64,000 bases of DNA from an uncultured Gammaproteobacteria bacterium (GTDB lineage: Bacteria; Pseudomonadota; Gammaproteobacteria; Steroidobacterales; Steroidobacteraceae): the NCBI GenBank assembly GCA_963714645.1, contig CAVQQX010000085.1, positions 4,972 through 68,971 on the forward strand, read 5' to 3'. The translations under genes and the position numbers were made by a program. Below the pieces are notes generated by a model. That model searched no databases. It saw nothing but the letters and a program-made list of their open reading frames with translations, and was not told the origin of the DNA. Below are positions 1 through 9,247 of this stretch, piece by piece (position 1 is the stretch's first letter; every line of letters begins with the position of its first letter).

Positions 1-4
1 TGGC

Positions 5-400
5 TTACTGGGCTCCGGGGGCTGCAACGGTCACTGGGGGTCCACTGTGCGACGTCAGGTCGCCGTAATACGTGATCTCCCGCCTAAATTCGTCACGATC
101 CAGCGGCGAGAGCAGTTCGTCGATCAGGCTGCCCAGCGGCCGGTCGGGCCCGGCGGGCGGTTCGGCCGCCTTCCAGGGCACGATGCTCATGACCTTGGGC
201 AGTTCGCGATTGCCGGTGATCGAGGTCGCATCGAGCTGCAGCCGGTCGACGGCACGATCAGCCGGCGCCGACGCGGTCCTCGCCGCCGGCCGGGCCGGCG
301 TGGCTTTCGCAGGGGCCGCAACCGTGTCCGCCCCGTGCGCCACGTCGGTGGCGCCCATCAGCGCCAGCCCGAGCAGGGCCACGACCAGCACGCGGATCAC
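5..400 (-). CDS. small exported protein of unknown function (about 131 aa from GTG)
   Basis: Part of ORF 5..460(-). A signal-like segment (VIRVLVVALLGLALMGATDVAHG) begins at GTG 400. That GTG overlaps the stop of the upstream TPR gene (GTGA at 397-400). It is the last gene of a co-directional operon. Confidence 0.55.
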   Translation of the reverse strand: MIRVLVVALLGLALMGATDVAHGADTVAAPAKATPARPAARTASAPADRAVDRLQLDATSITGNRELPKVMSIVPWKAAEPPAGPDRPLGSLIDELLSPLDRDEFRREITYYGDLTSHSGPPVTVAAPGAQ

Positions 401-3400
401 GGCTGAGCCCCGGCGGTGCGGGTCACGGCGGCGAGTCGGGCCTTGAGTTCGACGAGCCATGCGGTCACCTCCTGGTCGGAGCCCTGCGTGAGCGCCTGGT
501 AGCGCTCGTAGTGCGGCAGGGCCGCTGATGCGTCGTCCAGATAGAGGTCGAGCAGGATTGCCAGGTTGCGTTCGGCATCGGCAAACAGCGGGTCGGCGGC
601 GATCGCGCGCTCGTACGCGGCGCGGGCCGCAGCGAAGTTTCCCTCGCGGCGCCGGCTGACGCCGTCGCGGTTGGCGTCCACTGCCGCGAGCGCGGCAGCA
701 GGGTCCGTCACGGCTGCCGCTGTGCCGTCGGATGCCGCAACCGCGGGCGCCGCCGGTGCATCAGGCACGCGCTCCTCGCGGGCGTAGCGCCCGGGCTTCA
801 GCTGGGCGAGGTCCGCGAAACTCCTGCGGACCCACTCGTCATACACACCCTGCGACGCGAGCCGGGCATTGCGTTCATGCAGCCCGATCGCCTTCTCCTC
901 GAACGGGAACGCCTGCTCCTCGAGCAGCAGCGTGTACTGTTCGAGCGCGTCGGCGTCGAGGTCGTGCGGCCGGTCGGATTCGAGCAGGGCGCGGCCGAGG
1001 TCGCGGTAGAGGTCCGCCATCGCATACGCGGCGGCGGCGGTGACCTGCGCCACGCCGTACTGCTCGGCGACGCCGTAGGCATCGAGCGCCGCCTCGAGCG
1101 ACTTGCGCTTCGCGGCGAAGGACTTCTCGAGCGGCAGCACGAGCTTTACGGCGCGTGCCTGCGTGTCGAGCGGGCGTGCGAGCTCGAGCGCGGCCGTCGC
1201 TGCGAGGAAGCGCGTGCGATCCGTCCGTTCGACACCTGCGACGCGGTCCGCAACGACGACTTGCGCGAGCCAATGCAGGCGTGCCGCGCCGTCGCCGGTG
1301 TCGCGAGCGAGGTCGGCGAGCGCCTGCCGCGCATCGATCGCGGCTGCAGCAGGCACCGGAAAGCGTTCGACATACCGGGCATAAGTCCGTATCGCGGCCG
1401 GGCGATCGCCGGCGGTGACGTGCAGTTCGGCCGCCTGCCAGAGTGCCGCGCGGCGCGCCTCCGGCGTTTCCGACTCGGTCGCCGCGACGCGCTCGAACTC
1501 CAGGGCCGCCTTGCCCGGTTGCCCGGACTCGACGTAGGCCACGGCAAGCTTGCCATCGACCTCGCGTGCGAGCGCATGGGTCGGGTGGTCGAGCCGGAAC
1601 CGCTCGAGCACGACGGCCGCCTCGGTCCACTGCTGCGCGCCGAGCAGCAGGGTCGCGGCATCGAACTCCGCCGTGGCGCGGACGGGGGAATCGGGCGCCA
1701 CCTGCGCGACGCGCAGGAAGTTCGCCACCGCGCCGGCGACGTCGCCGGCGGCCTGCCGCTGCTCCGCCTGCCGGTACACCGCCGCCGCGCGCCGCTCGAC
1801 GGTCTCGGCGCGCAGCGGATCGCCCGCGGGCAGGCGTGCGAGCACCTCGGCATACGCGGGCTCGGCGTCGACATAGCGACCCGAGTCGAAATACGTGTGC
1901 GCGAGGACCGTCCAGGCCACGAGCTGCTGTCCGTTATCCGCGCGGGCACCGAGCGCCAGCAAGCGCTGCGCCACCGATTCCGCGCGCTCGCGATCGCCCG
2001 CGTCGAACAGCAGCTTGGTCGTGCGCGTCAGCACTCCGGGCGTCTCGACGTGCTGGGGGAACGTGTCCGCGAACTTGAGCGAGGACCCGACCATGCGTGC
2101 CTGCAGGCCGGCACCTGCGGCGACCGGCAACCCGGCCGCGGCCTGGTCGAGCGACACCAGCGCGGCGTAGCCGGCCCGTGGCGCCTCGGTCGCATTCGCA
2201 TACCCGTACGCAGCCCGTTCGTACTCCGTCGCGGCTTCGTCGTAGCGCCGGCCTTCGTAGAGCAGGTCGGCCAGCAGCAGCCGCGTCGCGGCGGCCGGTG
2301 CGGCGGCATCGAAGCCGTCGAGGTATTCGCGGTACCAGCGCACCGCCGCGTCGCGGTCGGCCGCCGCGCCCGACTTCTGCGCGAGGGCGTGGTGATGACG
2401 CGCGAGGTCGAGCAGGTTCGACTGCACCGCGGCGCTCACGCGCGGATCCACGTTCGCGGCGCCGCGCTCGATCCAGAAACGGCTGTTCGGCCCATAGAAC
2501 TCGACGAGTTCCTGCTTCGACTCGAGCACTAGGGCGACGAACCCAGCCCGGGCGTAGGCCTCGGTCGCCTGCCCGAGCAACAGCGGCGCCTCGGGGTCCA
2601 TCGGTTGCCGGCGCGCGTACGAGCGATACACCTCGGCGCCGTCCTGGAAGCGCTGCTTCTCGACGTAGAGGTCGCCGAGCCCGCGATACAGCCGGGCCTC
2701 GTATGGGGCCGGTCCACGCTTCGACAGCGCCGCCTGCAGCGATTCGGCGCCTGCTTCGGCCGCGAACATCAGGCTGAGTGCCCGCAGCGTGTCGTCGCTC
2801 AATTCCAGCTCGGGTCGCGTGAGCCGGGTGACCTCGCGCAAATGCCCGTCCGCCACCAGCAACCGGTCGAGCAATGCGAGGAAGTTCGCGCTGCTCGCGT
2901 CGTTGTCGCCCAGCTTGTACAGCGCCCAGCCGCGCTTGTAGAGCGCCTGCTCGTGGAACGCGCCGTCGGCACCGAACGCGAGCACGGCGCCGTAGGCCCG
3001 GTCGGCGTCCGCATACCGCTTGGCACTGAAGTAGACCTCGCCCCGCCGGAACTGTGCTTCGTCGGCGTGCGCGCCGCGCGGATACCGGGTCACGAGCTCC
3101 TCGAGCGCCGCCATGGCGGCTTCGGCGTCGCCGCCGGCTTCGCACGCGCGCGCCAGCTGGTACAGCACGGCGTCGCGCGCCGGGTACGCGGGATGGCCGG
3201 CCAGCAGTTCCTGGTAGGCCGCGATCGCCTGCTTCGCGGTCGCGACGGCGGCGACGTCCGACGCTTCGCCCGCGGCACTCGCAGCCATGGCTTGTTCCAG
3301 CCGCAGGTCGCCCACCCGACGCAGGGCTTGCGCCTTCAGCGCCGGGTCCGCGTCGTCGATCTGCAGGAACTGCTCGTAGCTGCGCGCCGCGTCGGCCGCG

Positions 3401-3555
3401 CTCGCCTGCACCGGCTGGGTGCGATCGATGGGCGCCGTACGCTGGGCCAGTGTCCCGAGCGTCGGCGCAGGTTTCCGGCGCGCCGATTCGGCCGCCGCAC
3501 CGAAGCCCGTCGCGAGGACGCAGGTGATCGCCAGCGTGAGCGAGCGGGTCTTCAC
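397..3555 (-). CDS. large TPR-repeat envelope protein (about 1052 aa)
   Basis: In-frame GTG at 3555 inside ORF 397..4914(-). The N-terminus VKTRSLTLAITCVLATGFGAAA looks like a signal or lipoprotein leader. Many TPR-like helices follow (AQFRRGEVYF, ALYKRGWALYKLGD, and others). The GTGA overlap with the stop of 3552..5450 supports this start. The upstream 450 codons of the ORF are R/A/G/P-rich junk. Confidence 0.75.
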   Translation of the reverse strand: MKTRSLTLAITCVLATGFGAAAESARRKPAPTLGTLAQRTAPIDRTQPVQASAADAARSYEQFLQIDDADPALKAQALRRVGDLRLEQAMAASAAGEASDVAAVATAKQAIAAYQELLAGHPAYPARDAVLYQLARACEAGGDAEAAMAALEELVTRYPRGAHADEAQFRRGEVYFSAKRYADADRAYGAVLAFGADGAFHEQALYKRGWALYKLGDNDASSANFLALLDRLLVADGHLREVTRLTRPELELSDDTLRALSLMFAAEAGAESLQAALSKRGPAPYEARLYRGLGDLYVEKQRFQDGAEVYRSYARRQPMDPEAPLLLGQATEAYARAGFVALVLESKQELVEFYGPNSRFWIERGAANVDPRVSAAVQSNLLDLARHHHALAQKSGAAADRDAAVRWYREYLDGFDAAAPAAATRLLLADLLYEGRRYDEAATEYERAAYGYANATEAPRAGYAALVSLDQAAAGLPVAAGAGLQARMVGSSLKFADTFPQHVETPGVLTRTTKLLFDAGDRERAESVAQRLLALGARADNGQQLVAWTVLAHTYFDSGRYVDAEPAYAEVLARLPAGDPLRAETVERRAAAVYRQAEQRQAAGDVAGAVANFLRVAQVAPDSPVRATAEFDAATLLLGAQQWTEAAVVLERFRLDHPTHALAREVDGKLAVAYVESGQPGKAALEFERVAATESETPEARRAALWQAAELHVTAGDRPAAIRTYARYVERFPVPAAAAIDARQALADLARDTGDGAARLHWLAQVVVADRVAGVERTDRTRFLAATAALELARPLDTQARAVKLVLPLEKSFAAKRKSLEAALDAYGVAEQYGVAQVTAAAAYAMADLYRDLGRALLESDRPHDLDADALEQYTLLLEEQAFPFEEKAIGLHERNARLASQGVYDEWVRRSFADLAQLKPGRYAREERVPDAPAAPAVAASDGTAAAVTDPAAALAAVDANRDGVSRRREGNFAAARAAYERAIAADPLFADAERNLAILLDLYLDDASAALPHYERYQALTQGSDQEVTAWLVELKARLAAVTRTAGAQP

Positions 3556-5450
3556 TTGCGGCCTCCGCCCGAGCTGGCACCGTCGTAGAGCGAGGCGAGT
3601 GCAAACTGCGCCTGCGTCGCATAGCTCGCGAGCCGCCGCTGCTGCGCCTCGAGCTCCTGCACGGCCAGGTCGGCGAGCACGCGCTCCTGCCGCGTCGCCG
3701 TCGCGTCGATCTGCGGCCCGATCCGCTCCACGCGCGCGGCGAGCCCGGAGACGCGCGCGGCAAATTCGGCATTGTCCTGCGGCACGAGGTCGCCTGCCGC
3801 GTCCACGGCGCCGAGCTGCGCCTGTGCGCGGCCGAGTTCCAGGGCCGCGCGCTCGAGGTCGCGCCGCGCGGTCGCGGCCCGGTAGCGGAAGGCCCCATCG
3901 AGCTGCCAGGCCAGCACGCCGCGCAGCAGTCGTGCGCGCGCGGCGAGCTCGTCGGACTGCGGTCCGGGCGGCACGGTCGCGAGCTTGCGTGTCACGCTCT
4001 CGAGCGCAGTCCATTGCGCCCGCTCGGCGTCGGTGGCGAAGGACACGATGTCGCGGTCCGACGTCGCCCGCTCGAGCTGCGTGGCCACCGACGCGTAGCG
4101 CTGCGCATAGCCGTCGAGATCGGTCGCCGCGAGCGCCTGCTCGCGCAGCGGCGCACGACGTGTCGCTGCCTGTTGGCGAGCTTCGATCATCGTGCCGAAT
4201 GCGTCGAGCGAATCGCGCCAACGCTCCAGGTTCGCCTGCATCCAGCGCAGGTCGCGGTAGTTCTTCAGACCCTCCTGGAACTCGTGCGAGGCCAGCAGGT
4301 GGTACAGGTATCGCGTGTGCGGCGCGTCCGGCAACGTCTCGAGCTGCCAGAACCAGCCCACGTCGCCCTTGCGCGGCGACGCCTGCAGGATCGAGTCGAG
4401 GAATCCGCCCTGCCGGATCGAGGCGATCGATTCGTCGATGCGGCGCGCCTCGCGGGCGTAGGCGTCGACGGCCTCCCGGTAGTGCTGCGAGGCCTGCCCG
4501 TTCGACGCGAGTTTCACGTATGCGTACGGCACCGCGAGCAGCGACTCCTGCACCGACGCGTCGAGCGGCTTGCGGTGCTGCAGCTCGAGCCAGGGCACGA
4601 GCGCGCGCTCCGGGCGATCGGCGCTGGTCTCCGCCCAGCCGAGCGCGAGCAGTGCGCGGTTGGTGAAGGGACCGTCGAGACGCACGCGCGTGAGGGCCGC
4701 CACGGCCGCGTCTCCGTCCTGCTGCGCCTGCAGCAGCGCGAAGCCCAGTGCCAGGTTGGCGCGGTCGCGCAGGGCGGCCTGCTCCTCGTTGCGGGTCTCG
4801 AGCGAACCGACCTGCTCGAGCAGCGGACGCCCCCGTGCGAGCTGGCCCGAACGCACCAGTGCCACGCCGAGGTTGAAGCGGGCGTAGTTCGACCAGCCCG
4901 TCGTGTCGGTCCACGTCGCGAGTCGGGCCGCGGCCTCACCGAAGCGCCCGAGCGCCATCAGCACGTTCGCTTCGAGCAGCCGGCGCTCGGGTTCGAGCTT
5001 GCCGGGCAGCGTGCCTGCGACGTGCCCGAGGCTCTTCAGTGCCTCCTCATAGTACCCGCGCTGGTAGCCGATCCGGGCCAGATAGAAGTGCGCGCGGTCG
5101 CGCACCGTCGGGGCCACCGGTCCGGCGAGCAGCCGGTCGAAGATCCTGGCGGCCTCCGTATGCAGCCCCAGCGAAAGATAGAGCCCGCCCGAGAGCAGCT
5201 CGGCCTCGGCCGCGTGCGGCTGCATGCGGCCGAAGTCGCGGTTGGCTTCGAGCCGCACGACGCTCTCGAAGTAGTCGTCCTGGAAGAAATGGAACAACAC
5301 GTCGCCGTAGTCGAGGTCGCGCACCTTGCCGGGCGGAGGTGCATCGCGCCCGATTTCGTCGGCGCGCGCGGTCCACGCGGCCGCGGCACCGAGCACGGCA
5401 CATGCCACGCAGGGCCCGAGCGTGCGAAAGCGGGTGCGGCGGGTCGGCAT
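3552..5450 (-). CDS. exported TPR protein with long C-terminal coiled-coil region (632 aa)
   Basis: Clean ORF. Signal peptide MPTRRTRFRTLGPCVACAVLGAAAAWTARA. TPR-like repeats (HFYLARIGYQRGYYEEALKSL, and others). The C-terminal half is heptad-like and rich in A/R/E/Q/L. Confidence 0.8.
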   Translation of the reverse strand: MPTRRTRFRTLGPCVACAVLGAAAAWTARADEIGRDAPPPGKVRDLDYGDVLFHFFQDDYFESVVRLEANRDFGRMQPHAAEAELLSGGLYLSLGLHTEAARIFDRLLAGPVAPTVRDRAHFYLARIGYQRGYYEEALKSLGHVAGTLPGKLEPERRLLEANVLMALGRFGEAAARLATWTDTTGWSNYARFNLGVALVRSGQLARGRPLLEQVGSLETRNEEQAALRDRANLALGFALLQAQQDGDAAVAALTRVRLDGPFTNRALLALGWAETSADRPERALVPWLELQHRKPLDASVQESLLAVPYAYVKLASNGQASQHYREAVDAYAREARRIDESIASIRQGGFLDSILQASPRKGDVGWFWQLETLPDAPHTRYLYHLLASHEFQEGLKNYRDLRWMQANLERWRDSLDAFGTMIEARQQAATRRAPLREQALAATDLDGYAQRYASVATQLERATSDRDIVSFATDAERAQWTALESVTRKLATVPPGPQSDELAARARLLRGVLAWQLDGAFRYRAATARRDLERAALELGRAQAQLGAVDAAGDLVPQDNAEFAARVSGLAARVERIGPQIDATATRQERVLADLAVQELEAQQRRLASYATQAQFALASLYDGASSGGGRK

Positions 5451-5487
5451 GCAGCTCAGTCCGGGACGTGGGCGGGCGTGGAACCCG

Positions 5488-6039
5488 TCATTCCCACTGC
5501 CGGACGACGAATTCCGGTTGCAGCGACGCCGCGCGGTCGCTGATGCGCAGCTCGACGTACCTGGCGCCGACGGTCTTCTCGAACTTCAGCGTCGTGCCGC
5601 GACGATAGTCGCGCTCGTGCGGCCCCTTGCCGGTGAAGAACGCGACCAGCTCGTGCTCGCCGGCCTTGAGGTTGCCGAGGTAGAGCTTCTGCACGCCGCC
5701 ACGGTGCAGCGCCTGCACCTCGCGGTCGGTATAGAGGTAGTTGGCGACTTCCTTGTCGTCGACCTTGAGCGTCACGGCGTCGAGCGCGAAGAACGTGCCG
5801 ACGTCGACCGACAGGAACACGGCGACCTGCGTGCTCGCCGGGTAGAGGAGTTCCTCCTCGAGCTTGAAGAGATCACGATTCAGGTCGATCAGCTGCTTCT
5901 TGAGCGCCTGCACGTCCTGGTCGACGCCTTTCGTGGCGGCGGCCGCCTGCGTCTCCGGCAACGCCGCAGCGACCGGCAGGCACGCGCCGAGCGCGAGACA
6001 GGCGAGGCGGACGATCAAGCTGGCGGGTGAAGCGTGCAT
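5488..6039 (-). CDS. exported conserved hypothetical protein (183 aa)
   Basis: Signal peptide (LACLALGACLPVAAA), then a short coiled-coil (VQALKKQLIDLNRDLFKLEEELL), then a beta-rich domain. Normal-looking composition. Lies 37 nt upstream of the TPR gene. Confidence 0.75.
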   Translation of the reverse strand: MHASPASLIVRLACLALGACLPVAAALPETQAAAATKGVDQDVQALKKQLIDLNRDLFKLEEELLYPASTQVAVFLSVDVGTFFALDAVTLKVDDKEVANYLYTDREVQALHRGGVQKLYLGNLKAGEHELVAFFTGKGPHERDYRRGTTLKFEKTVGARYVELRISDRAASLQPEFVVRQWE

Positions 6040-6055
6040 GGCGGGTTCCGTCCGG

Positions 6056-6592
6056 TCATTCGTGGCGCAGGTCTTCGATGCGTCGCGCGAGATCGGCCGC
6101 GTCGACGGCGGTGCCCGACCACGACGCGCGCACGGCGCCGTCGCGGTCGATCAGCAGGGTGAGCGGGAGCTTGTCGACGTCGTATGCGCGTGCCACGGCC
6201 TGGCGCGAATCGACGAGCGTGGGGTAGCGAAGTCGGAGCGAGCCCGCCACCGAGGCTGCGCGCTCGGCGGTGGTGTCGAGGTTGACGCCCAAGGTCGGGG
6301 CCGACGTGCGGCGGGCGACCCCGTCGAGCGCCACGAGTGTCTCGCGACACAGCCCGCACCAGCTGCCCCAGAACATCACGACGACGGGCTCGCCGCGGTA
6401 CTCGGACAGGCGGTGGTTGTGGCCGTCGACGGCCTTCAGCGCGAAATCGGGTGCCGTCGTCGACTGCGGCGGCGGGGCGGCTGCAGCGACGCCCGCGCAG
6501 GCGAGCGCGCACGCCGCGGCAAGCGCGGTGAGCGCGGCGAGCGAGCGGTGGCCCTCCGCCGGGGCACGGTGTCCTGCAGTCCTGCGTTGCAC
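6056..6592 (-). CDS. TlpA-family periplasmic thiol:disulfide oxidoreductase
   Basis: Thioredoxin-fold motif VVVMFWGSWCGLCRE, with a preceding signal-like segment SLAALTALAAACALACAGVAAA. The start is uncertain: I chose GTG 6592, and no ATG is available in a sensible position. Confidence 0.8.
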   Translation of the reverse strand: MQRRTAGHRAPAEGHRSLAALTALAAACALACAGVAAAAPPPQSTTAPDFALKAVDGHNHRLSEYRGEPVVVMFWGSWCGLCRETLVALDGVARRTSAPTLGVNLDTTAERAASVAGSLRLRYPTLVDSRQAVARAYDVDKLPLTLLIDRDGAVRASWSGTAVDAADLARRIEDLRHE

Positions 6593-6906
6593 GCTGGCAA
6601 CCCCGCTGTCATGGGAGAAGTCCCGAAGACCGGTGGCTTTGCGTCCCCGTCTTTCGACGGGTTTGCCTTTTTCAGTCGCATCGCTTGCGCCGATCGCGAC
6701 CGTCCGGACGCCAACGTATCGCGTCGTGGCGTTCCGCACACGGGCAGTGGGTCACAAAACAGGGCGCGGGTTGCCGAATTCACTTATTGCACCCGCCCCG
6801 AGGGACGCGCCCGGCACCGGGTCGATGCCACCCGCGTCGCTCACCCGCGCGAGCAGGCGATCTCCATCATCTGACCACACGCTCCAGGCCGCAGGACGTA
6901 GCGCCG

Positions 6907-7872
6907 TCAGCGTGCGGCCGCGAACCCCGCGGAATGGAACACGCGGCCGTTGCGGTCGACGATCACGGCCTCGACGTCCTCGAGCCCCCGGATGAACGCG
7001 AGTCCCCGCTCCACCCCCAGAATGAACACCGTCTTGGTGAGGCCGTCGGTGCGCGTTGCATTGGGTCCGACGACGGTGACGCTGTGCACCGCATCCGGCG
7101 AGCGGCCGGTGCCGGGCTCGAGGATGTGGTGGTAGCGGATCCCGTCGTGTTCGAAGTAGCGTTCGTAGTCGCCGGAGGTGGAGATGGCCTCGTCGGCGAG
7201 CGGGATCCGCGCGACGACGCGCCCGGGATCGCGCGGGTCCTGCACGCCGACGACCCACGGCTGCCCGCGGCGATCACCGAGAAAGGCCGTGTCGCCGCCC
7301 GCGTTCACCATGCCGTGGCACACCCCGTGGCGGCGCAGGATCTCGACGCCGCGGTCGACGGCCCAGCCCTTCGCGATGCCGCCCAGGTCGATGCGCATGC
7401 CCGGACGGAGGAAGCGTATGGTGCACGCCTCGCGGTCGACGGCGACCTGCCGATAATCGACGCCCGGGAGATGGGCCTCGATCTGCGCCGCGCTCGGGTG
7501 GACCTGGCGCCGGTAGTCGTAGAGGTAGCCGACGCTTGCATAAGTGATGTCGAACGCGCCGCCGCCGAGTGCCGAGTACTCGAGCGCGGTCGTTACCACG
7601 TCGATGATGTCCGGATCGACCTGCACGGGTCGTTCGGCCGCGTGCGCATTGACCTGTGAGAGTTGGCTCCAGGGCTTGTACGTGCTCATCAGTTCGTCGG
7701 TGCGATGCATGTCGGCCATGACCGCCTCGATTGCGCGGTGCGCCGTCTGTGCGTCGGCCCAGGCCTGCACCGCGATGCGCGTGCCCATGATCGCCTCCTC
7801 GCGCTCGTGCCAGGCCGCGCCGTCTGACGGCGGGGCGACGTGGCTCGGGTCGACCGGCATCTCGTTACTCAT
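6907..7872 (-). CDS. apbE: FAD:protein FMN transferase (ApbE family), no recognisable signal peptide
   Basis: ApbE-like hallmarks: IMGTRIAV at the start of the mature domain, DLGGIAKGWAVD, VNAGGD, STSGDYERYF. The N-terminal 28 aa (MSNEMPVDPSHVAPPSDGAAWHEREEAI) are hydrophilic. ATGA overlap with the upstream methyltransferase stop at 7869-7872. Confidence 0.9.
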   Translation of the reverse strand: MSNEMPVDPSHVAPPSDGAAWHEREEAIMGTRIAVQAWADAQTAHRAIEAVMADMHRTDELMSTYKPWSQLSQVNAHAAERPVQVDPDIIDVVTTALEYSALGGGAFDITYASVGYLYDYRRQVHPSAAQIEAHLPGVDYRQVAVDREACTIRFLRPGMRIDLGGIAKGWAVDRGVEILRRHGVCHGMVNAGGDTAFLGDRRGQPWVVGVQDPRDPGRVVARIPLADEAISTSGDYERYFEHDGIRYHHILEPGTGRSPDAVHSVTVVGPNATRTDGLTKTVFILGVERGLAFIRGLEDVEAVIVDRNGRVFHSAGFAAAR

Positions 7873-9236
7873 TCCTTGCCGGGCTGCGCCGCCTCGTCGA
7901 CGAGCCGCGCCACGTAGTCGCGCACGATCCCGCCCGCTTCGTCGGGCAGCAGCAGTCGCTCCTCGACGAGCCGTGCCGCAATCGCGTCGATCGACCGGCG
8001 CCCGTCGACGAGCGATGCCACGTAACCCTCCACCCGCAGCGCGAGCGTCCGCTGGGCCACGTCGTCCGTCAGCGGCACCGGCAGCCGCGGATCCTCGAGC
8101 CAGGCAGGCATTTCAGCGCGGCGCTGCGGCACGCTGGCCACACGCTCCACCGCAAACGTGACGACCTGCTCGTGGCGAGCATGGCGGCTCGCGGGCGACG
8201 CGAGGTACGGCACGACGCGCTCGTCGAAATCGGGTGCGGTGAATCCGGCCTCGGCGACCACCTGCGCAGCCTCCTCCGTGGCGTACGCTCGCGCGGCATC
8301 GCGCGATTCGAAGTACAGCGTGCCGGTGCAGATCCACCGGCCACCCGGGCGCAGCAGCGCATTGACGATCGACGCGAGCACGGCGAGGTCGGCGTCGACC
8401 ACGTCGACGAGCCACGGAGTGACGACCGTGTCGAACCGGCCGGGCGCGAACGGCGGTTGCCTCACGTCGGCGAAGACTACGGCAAGGCCTGGGCGGGCCG
8501 GTGCCGGCGCGGACAGTGTCCGCAACAACGCATGGCTCGCGAGGTCGCGCGGTGCCACCGGGAATTCGTAGAGCTCGAGCCGTTCCCCTGCGTACAGGCG
8601 GCGGGCGACGAACAGGAGCAGGGGGTTCACGTCGACCGCAACCGTCGTCGACGCCCCGGCGTGCTCGTGCAGGTCGTAGGCGAGCCGCCCCGCTCCTGCG
8701 CCGAGCACGAGTGTCGTGCCCGGCGCCGCTTCGCCCAGGGCACGCCGGACTGCGTGCAGCGTCGCCTCGTTCTCGGCGCTGCCCCAGCACCAGTCGCGAT
8801 GGATGTTCGCGTAGTAGCCGGCGAGGTTCCCTCCCGGCGCCGCCGCTGCACCGAGCGCCGCGTAGGTCGCGACGTGCGCCGACGCATCGCCGGCGCCGAG
8901 GGGGGCCAGCAGCGCACGCAGCCGGCGCGCATGGTCGTCGCATGCGTGCGCCAGCAGCTTGAGTCGATTGCGCGTGAGTGTGCGGCCGCAGCTCGCCAGG
9001 GCCGACCGGTAGCCGGCGGCCTGCCGGTCGAGGTGCTGCAGCAGCAGTCTCTGCCGGGCACGCCAGGTCTCGAGTGCGCGCTCAGGCTCGGGCAGCAGCC
9101 AGGGAATGTGGTCGACGCAGGGGTACGCGTCGTCGCACGCGGCGCAAGCCAGGCAACCCGCCGCGGCGACGAGCCCGCCGGCGCAGCGGGGACAGCGCAG
9201 GAACGAGAGGAAGTCGCTGGCGGGCGTCGTGCTCAA
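7869..9236 (-). CDS. class I SAM-dependent methyltransferase with N-terminal Trm112-like zinc-ribbon
   Basis: C-terminal part of ORF 7869..10034(-). It has a CPRC...CLAC...C zinc-ribbon segment followed by HIPWLL. The SAM motif reads TLVLGAGAGRLAYDL...AVDVNP. TTG 9236 was chosen as the start because it lies 12 nt after the stop of the upstream gene. The start is uncertain. Confidence 0.72.
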   Translation of the reverse strand: MSTTPASDFLSFLRCPRCAGGLVAAAGCLACAACDDAYPCVDHIPWLLPEPERALETWRARQRLLLQHLDRQAAGYRSALASCGRTLTRNRLKLLAHACDDHARRLRALLAPLGAGDASAHVATYAALGAAAAPGGNLAGYYANIHRDWCWGSAENEATLHAVRRALGEAAPGTTLVLGAGAGRLAYDLHEHAGASTTVAVDVNPLLLFVARRLYAGERLELYEFPVAPRDLASHALLRTLSAPAPARPGLAVVFADVRQPPFAPGRFDTVVTPWLVDVVDADLAVLASIVNALLRPGGRWICTGTLYFESRDAARAYATEEAAQVVAEAGFTAPDFDERVVPYLASPASRHARHEQVVTFAVERVASVPQRRAEMPAWLEDPRLPVPLTDDVAQRTLALRVEGYVASLVDGRRSIDAIAARLVEERLLLPDEAGGIVRDYVARLVDEAAQPGKE

Positions 9237-9247
9237 CGCCCGACAGA

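Noticed and set aside
877-3898. Long ORFs overlapping the large TPR gene on both strands (for example 877..2532+, 1934..3898-, 2605..3588+, 875..1630-).
   Set aside because: Their translations are dominated by R/A/G/P runs with no recognisable motifs or export/start context. Each lies in an alternative frame of a much better coding frame. This is the typical high-GC ORF artefact.
3556-4914. The 450-codon N-terminal extension of ORF 397..4914(-).
   Set aside because: The extension overlaps the well-formed 3552..5450 gene in another frame and is R/A/G-rich junk. An in-frame GTG at 3555, with a signal-like sequence and a GTGA coupling, is a far better start.
6645-6662. Hairpin CCCGTC-tttc-GACGGG followed by TTTGCCTTTTT on the plus strand, upstream of the first TlpA gene.
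   Set aside because: It looks like a plus-strand intrinsic terminator, but there is no plus-strand gene to terminate. The stem is only 6 bp. It is most likely leader or spacer structure.
6753-6800. Possible minus-strand terminator after ApbE (GGGCGGGT...ACCCGCGCCC followed by TGTTTTGTG).
   Set aside because: The stem is imperfect and the loop is about 19 nt, so it is not convincing enough to annotate. It remains unclear whether the ApbE arm reads through into the TlpA/TPR operon.
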